Below, in pieces: positions 27,901-34,852 of a stretch of DNA of 64,000 bases. The notes under the pieces were generated by a model. That model was given only the letters and a program-made list of their open reading frames with translations, did not search any database and was not told the DNA's origin. The stretch comes from an uncultured virus (IMG/VR IMGVR_UViG_3300028571_000887) (Duplodnaviria; Heunggongvirae; Uroviricota; Caudoviricetes), in the IMG/VR virus record IMGVR_UViG_3300028571_000887; one strand, 5' to 3'. The first letter of the stretch is position 1. Each line of letters begins with the position of its first letter. The translations under genes were made by a program, and so were the position numbers.

Positions 27901-30900
27901 CCCATGACACCTCAAGATGAATATCTTGCAGACATGATATTGTCAATGAGCCGATTTGATGATTATGCTCCAGATGTATTTAAGCCAATAACTGTTGGTA
28001 GAGGCACGGTTTATGATGGACATACCAGAATTCAAGCTCAACTCGTAAGAGGACTTATTGAAAAAGATGGTAGAGAAATTGCCTCAATGTCAAAAGATGA
28101 TTTATTGCAAGCCATAGAGTCTGTTAAAAGAAGATCTCTTGCTGGAGAAATTGATGATTCAAACATTCTTTCTATTGCCAAACAACAAAGAGTTTTAACT
28201 CAAGAAGCCTCCAGAGGAGAAATAGAGGGAATGAGTCCAAGAACCCATCCTAAAGATCGTGAACATATGCTTTCTATGTTTAACATGGAAGGCAGGGCAC
28301 TTGTTGCTGGGGTTCACGACAGAGAGATTTCTGAACTTGTATCTGCTGGAAGAGCAGCAAATTTTAGAGGATATGGTGATACTGACGATGAAATTTTAAG
28401 GGCACTTGGATTTGTCGGTCTTGGAATTGGAGAGAACCCTAGATATTATTATAATCCAACTCATGACTATGCATCAAGAAAAGGGTATGTAGCAAACACA
28501 AGCTCAAGAATTATTAGAAGACTTGTTGATGAGGGAAAGGTTCTTCCACTACAAAGAAATATAGGTGGAATTATTCCAGGAATGCAGTATGCCATCGGAG
28601 GAGTGGTCAATCAAGATCGACCATTTTATGGTAAATATGACCAATTAACAAAGGCATTGTATTCTAAATGGGTTGGAGCACAATCTAGTGAAATTGCAGC
28701 AATAAAAACAGGAGTTGGCTCTGACCCAGCAATGGCCATGGCATATGGCAAGGGGTTTAGAAGAAGCAAAGAGGCAATGGATCTAGAACGATCACTATTT
28801 ATAAGAAATAATGATCTTCCAAAAATTGGGGATGAAATAGAACTTGGAAATCTTTCATCATTTGCTGCAGGTGGTAAAGATACTGTAAAATTTTTACATA
28901 ATAGTGATTTACAAAAAAATGCAGAATTTAAAGGAAATCAACTCCTTGGCCAAGCCCAAAAATCACTTTGGGAAGCTGCAAAAAGACGTAGAAGAATTTT
29001 AGCAGGCAAGATTATCCCTGCAGATCGTTCTTACAACATGCCATACATGAAGCCAGGAGACGTACCTGGCCCAAGACAGGGTGTTCAGGGGCTATTAGAT
29101 GATCTTGATCAGCAAATAAAAACAGACAGAGCTTCTGTAAAAGAATACAAGGCAGTCGTTCGTGACTATAAAGACCACGCGCCAGTAATATATAAAATGC
29201 ACACTCCTAAGGGAACCCCTATGGCAAACATAGACGACATTGTTTCTGCAGAAAACCAAACGCTTTGGAGTGGGGCTGGCAAGTCAATGGCACAGGTAAG
29301 TGAAGGTGAAAGAATCTTACATCAAGCTACAGCTTCTGTTATGGGAATATCAACTAGAAAACTCTCAAATGGTCGTGAGGCAACAGTAATTGAATTAAGA
29401 CTTAATCCTTCTTCTGCTCAGTATCCACAATTTCGTGCCGATGGTGGACAAATATTTGAGTCTGGTCCATCAAAGAAAATAGTTCCAGGTGTTGGCAACA
29501 CCGACACGGTTCCAGCCATGTTGACCCCAGGGGAATTTGTAATAAATAAAAAAGCAACATCTCAAAATATGGCACTTCTTCATTCTATAAATAGTGGAAC
29601 GATTAAGAGGTATGCAACTGGAGACATTGTTACAAGCAGCGACTTGTCAACTCGAAGACAAGTATGGCATGTTGAGAATGCAGATGGTACACAAAAAACA
29701 TTTGATAACGAAAGAGATGCAAATAGATATTCTAAAAAAACTATAAAAGCAATGAGAAGAGCTCAAGGGCGGCCAGCTGGCGAAGGAGAGCCAGATCGCC
29801 GGATGGGTGGGGCTGGACGAATGGGCATATCCATGGGACTGGGAGCTGTATCAGGAGCTATATCTATGGCACCAATAATTCCAGGGATTGGAGAAAATGT
29901 AGGACTTTCTAACGCCCTAGGGGGCGCAGGCATGGCTATGGGTTTGCTTTCTGTGCTACCCATGTTGCCACCGCCCCTTATGGCGATTGTAACTGCCGGA
30001 GCATTGGTTGGTGGTAGTTTAATGATTCTTAGAAAAAATCTTGACGAATCTGCAAGGCAGGCTGCAAAATTTGGGTCAGAGGTTGGCGGCTCGGCTAACA
30101 GAATGGAAAAGATTTCTGATGCCACTGGATACAAGTTTGCAAAAGACCGTTCACCATTAGTTTCTTTTAAGTTTACCAAAGAAGAAAAAAAAGCAGCATC
30201 AGAATTTAGTGATTATTTTTCTTCAGAGGCGGGTGTAAAATTTACTGATGAATTAAAAAAAATGGACTCAAAAGAAAGATATGAAGAGGTATCCTCAACA
30301 ATCGCAATGGCAATTGCAGATGGAATGGATAAGAAAACTGCAAAAGCATATGGAGATGCAATAGCATTTTATACAAATGATTCATTATTAAAAGCCAGGA
30401 TTACAAATGATATATCAAGTGGAAAGTATCAGTCTGGCTCAAGTGCCGCTATAAGTTTAATTGAAAAAAGACAAGAATATTCTAATTCTAAATTAAAACC
30501 AATAGTAGAAGCGCCAGATTCTGCAAACTCGTATTTGTCTGATATCCTTGGGACAGGCGGCATGACAAACATTGTTGGAGAAGCTGCTCTTTCGCTGATT
30601 CCCGGCCTTAAACAAGCTCACGATACGATAGGCTCCATTGTGGAAGATGGTTTTCAATTTGGAGACCTTGCAAATATGATTACAATTCCTTCTTTTGTTC
30701 CGGGTTTTGGTTCGGGTCTTTTTAGCATAGTAGAAGATTTTAAGGCTTTAGAAAAAAACTCAGAAACGACTTCTGCTCAAATAGGATCTAGTTTACAAAT
30801 TCTTAAAGAAGTTGAAAATGCAGAAGCTCTTTTGTCGGAAGAAAGAAAAAAGGGATTAATTACTTCAGAAGAATACGCAGTCAAGCTAGCCAAATTACAA

Positions 30901-33900
30901 GAAATAGAAACAAGCCAATATAAAAAGGCTGGATTTGCCCTTAAGTCAGCATCTGACAAGGACTTGACTGCACAGGCAATACAAGATCAATTAATTGTTT
31001 CTGGTATGGGTGGAGACTTAGCGGGGGCTGTATCAAATCAAACAAATAAAGATTCAGTTGCTAATAAAATGTTTGGTAAAAATTTTGAACAGCTGGAATC
31101 TCCGGAGGAAAAAGATACTGTTACTTCGGTTATATTAAAAACTCTTACAGGAATTGATGATTCAAACGCCGCAACAAGACTGGCTGAAATAGAAAATACA
31201 TATGCATTAATTTCTCAACAACTTGTTCAAGCCGCAAAGGATGGGTTAACTCCAGAAGAGCTTGACGCTGCTGTTTTAAAATTTGAAATGAGTAAATTTA
31301 TGGATGAGGTATTTGCTGGAATATCAGCTGGCGGTAGAGGACCCTCGGAGGCTAGGCAAAGAGATATTGCAGAAGAAAATCTTATGACTGTTGACACGCT
31401 CGGAATGGATAGAGCACAAATTACAAATGGGCTTGCTAGTTTTTCAAATAAACAATCTGCCTTTGACATAGCAGCAGATTTGCAAAAATTAGAAAAATTT
31501 GTTTCTCTTACTAAAGAATTAGAAAAGTTTCCTGAAATAACTATTGAATTATTAATGGATGAAAAAGGTTCTCCAGAAGATATATCAAAAAGAATTAAAA
31601 AAACAATAAAAGAAATAGACAGTTTAAAACTTAAAAAAGTATCTATTGAAATTAAAAAGGCTATGCCAAGCCCACAAGCATTTATAAACATATCAAAACG
31701 AATGGGAAAAACTATTGAACACGCAAAGGAGCTATATGAAAATGTTGCAATGTTTACTCAAGAACTGGACCCTAAGGGGAAGGGTAAAATAAAAACAAAA
31801 GATATTGACGTTAATATAATTTCTAGAATATTTGACAAAGAAGTAAATGCACAAGATATGTTAGACACTATTCAATCTGTATTTCCAGACAATTTAGATC
31901 CAATGTTTATTCCATTAGTTTTAGCAATTCAAAATCCAGAAGTTTTGGCTGCACTTGCCGCTGGAGGCCCAACAGCTAAAGGAATACAGACAGCACTTGC
32001 CAACGGTGAAACTTCATATCAAGTTCCTGCAATCACCGTAGGTGGTTTTACTGTTGAGAAGGCGAAAATATATGAACTTATCCAACCCCCTGAATCCGAT
32101 ATAGATCCAGGACTCAGCGGCGGCAGCAGCAGCAGCGGCGGCGGTGGAGAAAAATCAATTATGCAACAACTTAAAAAAGAATTTAATGATCTTAAAAAAG
32201 TACACAACTCCATGCAACAATTTATTAATTCTAAAAAAGGACAATTTAAAGGAATAATGGCGGGACCATTTGGCCCTGAATTTATTGAATATTTAAAATC
32301 TCAAGGAGAGCAAGGATTAAAAATTCTTAATGGCGGACTTGAAAAAATTAAAGCCGTTTATAAAGAATATAAAAAAGTTCAAACTCAAAATGCAATAAAT
32401 TTTGCACAGACACTTCCGGCCAGTCTTAATAGACAAAGAAAAAACCTTGCCATTCAAACTAACTTTGAGAATAGACTTGACAATGCAGGTTTTGACAAAG
32501 AACAATCTCAATCATTTATTGAAGGAATGGGGGGTCCAGAAGGAATTAGAAATTATTTAAATGCAAAAAAGAAGGACGAGGGAGATCGTAGTAAGGAAGA
32601 ACAAGAGCTCGTTGTATCCATTAACCAGTCAATTAAACAGGGAGGACCAGCTGCAAAACAACTTAGCGTAGATCAAATTAATAAAGAAGCAGGCATTTCC
32701 CTTGATGACATGGATAAAGAAATTAAGAATATGAACAAACTTACGGCCTTAGGATATACACAAGAAGAAGCAGAGCAAATTGCTAACCTTGGAGATGTTT
32801 CTAATCTGTCTGCTGGTCAAATTAAAGAACTTGGAGATTCAGTAAAGGCATACAACTTAGCTGTTCTTGCTTCAGATCCAGAAGCTCTTGCTCAAATGAA
32901 ACGTGACAATGCTGCTGAAATAAGAGATATTCAACGTGAAATTGAAGAGATTAATACAATTAGACCTCTTGAAGATCAAGTTGAAATTCAACAAAAAATT
33001 ATTGACGGGCAAGAAAAGATTGTTAGAGGAAAACAACAAGAGATTGATGTAATTGGTAGAACTATTGAACTTAAACAAAGAGAACTTGAACCCCTTGACG
33101 ATCAAATAGAAAAACTTCAAGAACTATCTGATAAAACTTCTGAAGCATATGATAATCAAATTGAAGCCCTTGATCAAATATATAAAAGAGAAGACAATAT
33201 TGCAAAGCTAAAGCAAGGCCAGCTTGGTGTTGCTCAAGCCCTTTCCCGTGGTGACGTTGCTGGTGCAGCTCAGGGAGCTTTGGGAATGTCTCAAGAGATT
33301 GCCCAACAAAGCAGAGAAGAAGCACGCTCTGCTCTTGAAGCACAAAAAGAAGCGGCAACCAAAAACATTCAAGATCAAATTCTTGCAATAGAAAAACAAA
33401 AGAAAAACATCAATCAAGACATTAAAAATCTTCAAATGCAACAAAGAGTAATTCAAGATGATATTTATAGAATTCAAAGCACTTTAATATTGCCCGCTGA
33501 AAATGAAATATATAGATTGCAAGGGTTAATAAATGTTGAAGCTGATAGACTTGCAGGAAAATATAAAAATGCTGCTGAAGAGATGGCAAATCTTGTTGCT
33601 AGATTAAAAGAAGCAACAGCTCTAAAAGCTACCTTGGAGGGTGCACCTTCAGTATCTAATGTTAATGCGGCAGCCCCTACCCCTGAAGGATATGTTACTA
33701 ACTATGGACCAGGCACCGAAAGAGGTGGTGTCACCCAAGCTGGTGTTGATATGGTTAGAGCTAATGATGCTAACCGTGGGATTCAAATATCAGATGAGAT
33801 TATTGCAGATTATATTATTGCCGATCCTTACAGTACAACTCTTGAAGAATTTGCAGCACGTTATGGTTATGCCATGGGTGGAAGGGTAGGATATAAAGGA

Positions 33901-34278
33901 TCAACAGAACCTCCTCCCAGAATGATGAATTATGGTGGAATGATGAAGAAATATGCCTACGGCTCAATGGTTCCTGGAGTGGGAATGACAGACAAGGTTC
34001 CAGCCCTGCTCACCCCAGGAGAATTTGTAATTAGAAAATCTGTTGTAGAATCTTATGGACCAATGCTTTCTAATTTAAATAGTCAAGTATTTCCAAAAAT
34101 GAATATGACTTCTGCAATGCCTTCAACACAAGGAAATGAAAATGAAGGAACCGTGTATAATGTAAGCGTTGCTTTAAATGGTTCTAACCTTGATCCAAAT
34201 GATGTAGCAAATGCTGTTATGCAAAAGATTAAGATGAGCGAAAGCAGAAACATAAGGAGCAACAACATCCGTGGCTAA
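21937..34278 (+). CDS. Tape measure protein (4113 aa) with an internal array of enzyme-like cassettes
   Basis: Follows the chaperones. N-terminal TMP core (GRQLMVGFTVPL, ENQTVLTLQDL, GANALKSGLASLINPT), hydrophobic segments, C-terminal coiled coil, three VPAxLTPGEFV modules. Confidence 0.95.
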   Translation: MTETRAVINVDINTAGAAAELRRLQSQLNAFQSTLSSSNRVQSQAAKNLSLQLREAVNATQMFSAETVRMRTSAGRLDDALSKGKGSISQYFNSFRKGSTEAAQVMSLAHARASALQTQFVATGAAAGGYREALAIRPLSAFNATATVSAEKLGIQRAMLTQASTQMINFGKNTQWAGRQLMVGFTVPLTIFGTIAGKTYMELEKQAISFKKVYGDSFTTPQELQENLDAVKVLSEEYTKFGIAASKTMELAAQAAAMGAQGATLTDAITESTKLATLGQMEQTEALETTIALQNAFGLSGEKLAKSVNFLNMVENQTVLTLQDLAEAIPRVSPVIKGLGGTVEDMAAMLAAMKEGGVSAAQGANALKSGLASLINPTGKAVERLKEMGINLETIIRVNRGDLLGTVQAFGKALSTLDEFGRQQALEKVFGKYQYARLGALFNNIVKDGTQASRVLDMASMSAKELNDVAEKELKVISDSPATRMTAAIEKLKLSIAPLGEMFIKFAIPVVELFTRILKIFDGLPDGVKKIGAIGAIIVGVVIPAGTMFLGLLLNLMGTLVKFGHIVGVTFKGLLTGGLSGAIKAVSQSLKYMSLAEIDAAGASMQLGESTLFVNAALKGQISASDGANVAIVRLAESYAVLRAQMQMTAGASPTMFGIGNSAAVAASNAPSRAVPRRLRRNSGGSIPYLSNGNTVPGSGNTDTVPAMLTPGEFVINKKATEKNLPLLYAINDGNTPPGFNRGGQIPGVQYAGVGNLIGRIFGSKPKPPKPLSAYDTPPTEEETARILANWPQRPVRPMAYQSQAVATAGKSKGIYGDLTEKYLPGTNSKVDTLRFMVDKLGFSPAALGLQSHGNFVLGFSKSTNLAMAGKNPTLTRERLLAELVDSNGQVRRGVYSPLEQQMSSYFRNGQAFDHDLFDNIFRGQVALSKEPISNKRFEKISRNALREYLRARDYSGPDSRSFIKDILSKDTVRGNASKTAILSSLTARGIPYETNGKDVIATIDGVRYNFGSVAGREMGSLGRPEGIRPYGDLEMSPGDERVHANKGGMIPGVQYFGWNPVAGILNKQRVVQPIPLKVSESGLKLLTNQGILGGIRTRSTKTGSKAAPKVRAEAGAPSAVIEIKKQLFPEKVGSFGIDNLLEQVATIADLTDAEERVLKSSKARTIAAAHIEKETKMGGEGIEEKVWKDKNIRFTSSLENDALNDIFGSWKRSEKGRPGIGSAALLDRTAPIDADSLLVADILKGKHPSSPQEYKVLNSWMQNIERSDEFKELSPSNRAKIKLLLAFSDIRLGKKQILGLKDPHGVFTGNVQTLEDIIEQSGISKNKGGMIPGVPGLSKGALFLGMPHSFKSLTRSNEIKETLARTNISAQSGRSLDFPLMQTGSMVSGLGGRSSNIPGINGIYDMSDGRHVIKVHDTLESALAEARSSSLMRNVFGLESPQQEVIRVPHPDTADLVFAVRSKYDEAFAQTTGSFEKESFSKQLIASLIRRDSDLSAENVYGNKVADVGAAIFGMDGSGKPRASMPRIIGEDPISVLEQLDINMLMKSGGGAKKHFAESTADIARSMTESEYVSSMKATISRARLNAEEAGSYLPGISQLEKARYLKTLNNDFDNLDTVDWAEVYKHHIGIYPATKRPPTPASLKKKEEERVLRARQAGHNSPMINGMSFVNGGGMIPGIQQLMAGARVKSKAPIKAKAPTKLPIEPPSELTHSWEASGSNPDLDFSPAVAYFLRKHVKQTKPSSAEIKFLQKRGIDTNAMEMESLAENWNPKKGTARDILDTAYELNMEEGIPLIAGALKRGATDEELVASILASQSWHTYPQEELSKVISRLSSSQLNDLANGLTRLPENHQLRSLISGVLPEVKALMKEASTAYRDPDLERAFFALSSMKNQGGMIPGIQQLMAGAKVLPFLGKLEKIKQADNRMAYVKEQGLDDILQMGFNDTKTSSPSSFLSEMFARWERIPSRPSLKEDKRIARKTGKLKYPMTPQDEYLADMILSMSRFDDYAPDVFKPITVGRGTVYDGHTRIQAQLVRGLIEKDGREIASMSKDDLLQAIESVKRRSLAGEIDDSNILSIAKQQRVLTQEASRGEIEGMSPRTHPKDREHMLSMFNMEGRALVAGVHDREISELVSAGRAANFRGYGDTDDEILRALGFVGLGIGENPRYYYNPTHDYASRKGYVANTSSRIIRRLVDEGKVLPLQRNIGGIIPGMQYAIGGVVNQDRPFYGKYDQLTKALYSKWVGAQSSEIAAIKTGVGSDPAMAMAYGKGFRRSKEAMDLERSLFIRNNDLPKIGDEIELGNLSSFAAGGKDTVKFLHNSDLQKNAEFKGNQLLGQAQKSLWEAAKRRRRILAGKIIPADRSYNMPYMKPGDVPGPRQGVQGLLDDLDQQIKTDRASVKEYKAVVRDYKDHAPVIYKMHTPKGTPMANIDDIVSAENQTLWSGAGKSMAQVSEGERILHQATASVMGISTRKLSNGREATVIELRLNPSSAQYPQFRADGGQIFESGPSKKIVPGVGNTDTVPAMLTPGEFVINKKATSQNMALLHSINSGTIKRYATGDIVTSSDLSTRRQVWHVENADGTQKTFDNERDANRYSKKTIKAMRRAQGRPAGEGEPDRRMGGAGRMGISMGLGAVSGAISMAPIIPGIGENVGLSNALGGAGMAMGLLSVLPMLPPPLMAIVTAGALVGGSLMILRKNLDESARQAAKFGSEVGGSANRMEKISDATGYKFAKDRSPLVSFKFTKEEKKAASEFSDYFSSEAGVKFTDELKKMDSKERYEEVSSTIAMAIADGMDKKTAKAYGDAIAFYTNDSLLKARITNDISSGKYQSGSSAAISLIEKRQEYSNSKLKPIVEAPDSANSYLSDILGTGGMTNIVGEAALSLIPGLKQAHDTIGSIVEDGFQFGDLANMITIPSFVPGFGSGLFSIVEDFKALEKNSETTSAQIGSSLQILKEVENAEALLSEERKKGLITSEEYAVKLAKLQEIETSQYKKAGFALKSASDKDLTAQAIQDQLIVSGMGGDLAGAVSNQTNKDSVANKMFGKNFEQLESPEEKDTVTSVILKTLTGIDDSNAATRLAEIENTYALISQQLVQAAKDGLTPEELDAAVLKFEMSKFMDEVFAGISAGGRGPSEARQRDIAEENLMTVDTLGMDRAQITNGLASFSNKQSAFDIAADLQKLEKFVSLTKELEKFPEITIELLMDEKGSPEDISKRIKKTIKEIDSLKLKKVSIEIKKAMPSPQAFINISKRMGKTIEHAKELYENVAMFTQELDPKGKGKIKTKDIDVNIISRIFDKEVNAQDMLDTIQSVFPDNLDPMFIPLVLAIQNPEVLAALAAGGPTAKGIQTALANGETSYQVPAITVGGFTVEKAKIYELIQPPESDIDPGLSGGSSSSGGGGEKSIMQQLKKEFNDLKKVHNSMQQFINSKKGQFKGIMAGPFGPEFIEYLKSQGEQGLKILNGGLEKIKAVYKEYKKVQTQNAINFAQTLPASLNRQRKNLAIQTNFENRLDNAGFDKEQSQSFIEGMGGPEGIRNYLNAKKKDEGDRSKEEQELVVSINQSIKQGGPAAKQLSVDQINKEAGISLDDMDKEIKNMNKLTALGYTQEEAEQIANLGDVSNLSAGQIKELGDSVKAYNLAVLASDPEALAQMKRDNAAEIRDIQREIEEINTIRPLEDQVEIQQKIIDGQEKIVRGKQQEIDVIGRTIELKQRELEPLDDQIEKLQELSDKTSEAYDNQIEALDQIYKREDNIAKLKQGQLGVAQALSRGDVAGAAQGALGMSQEIAQQSREEARSALEAQKEAATKNIQDQILAIEKQKKNINQDIKNLQMQQRVIQDDIYRIQSTLILPAENEIYRLQGLINVEADRLAGKYKNAAEEMANLVARLKEATALKATLEGAPSVSNVNAAAPTPEGYVTNYGPGTERGGVTQAGVDMVRANDANRGIQISDEIIADYIIADPYSTTLEEFAARYGYAMGGRVGYKGSTEPPPRMMNYGGMMKKYAYGSMVPGVGMTDKVPALLTPGEFVIRKSVVESYGPMLSNLNSQVFPKMNMTSAMPSTQGNENEGTVYNVSVALNGSNLDPNDVANAVMQKIKMSESRNIRSNNIRG
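24022..24099 (+). repeat. Left copy of 78-nt direct repeat (VPGxGNTDTVPAMLTPGEFVINKKAT)
   Basis: Near-identical to 29482-29559 (offset 5460 nt); diverged third copy near 33970-34040. Confidence 0.9.
26962..27667 (+). repeat. Perfect 40-nt direct repeat (26962-27001 and 27628-27667) flanking one TMP cassette
   Basis: ggaatgattcctggaatccaacaattaatggctggagcaa occurs twice (GMIPGIQQLMAGA). Confidence 0.95.
29482..29559 (+). repeat. Right copy of 78-nt direct repeat bracketing the TMP cassette array
   Basis: ggcaacaccgacacRgttccagccatg..ccaggggaatttgtaataaataaaaaagcaaca shared with 24022-24099. Confidence 0.9.
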
Positions 34279-34852
34279 TAGTTTATATATGGCAGGAAGA
34301 TCTTTTTATTCAAGACCACAAGCAATTGTCTGGTCTGATGAATATGAGACAAGCAATGGGAAATTTGTTCCAACGGGAACAGAATTTGAAGACTTTATAA
34401 TTCTTTCAGATCATAATAGATCTGAGATATCAATTTCTTGTGAAAGAATAGAAAGCAAGAAAAGAATGATTAATGGAACAATGAGGTCTTATCATATTGC
34501 AGATAAACAAAAAATATCTTTTTCATGGAATCTTTTACCATCCCGTGCGTTTTCCGCTTCCCCAACTTTTTCTGCAAGCGGTCAGCTAACTAATGACATA
34601 ACGGACTACGTTGTAGACATGGCATCTGGAGGGGTTGATTTAATAGACTGGTATGAATCCCATACCGGACCTTTCCATATGCTGCTAGCATACGACAAAC
34701 ATAATGAATTTAATTCAGATGTCTATAATCATTTAGCAGAATATAATCAAGTCTTGCAAGTATATTTTTCATCGTTTGAGCACAAAGTTATTAAACGAGG
34801 CAGTACAAATCATGATCTATGGGACATATCTGTTAGCCTTGAGGAAGTATAA
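34271..34852 (+). CDS. Distal tail (Dit-like) protein, putative
   Basis: First gene after TMP; RMINGTMRSYHIADK; ends WDISVSLEEV. Confidence 0.6.
   Translation: MANSLYMAGRSFYSRPQAIVWSDEYETSNGKFVPTGTEFEDFIILSDHNRSEISISCERIESKKRMINGTMRSYHIADKQKISFSWNLLPSRAFSASPTFSASGQLTNDITDYVVDMASGGVDLIDWYESHTGPFHMLLAYDKHNEFNSDVYNHLAEYNQVLQVYFSSFEHKVIKRGSTNHDLWDISVSLEEV

Noticed and set aside
24154..29445. TMP cassettes as inteins
   Set aside because: No Cys/Ser1 block A, TxxH block B or terminal Asn/Gln-Cys/Ser/Thr junctions at the delimiters.
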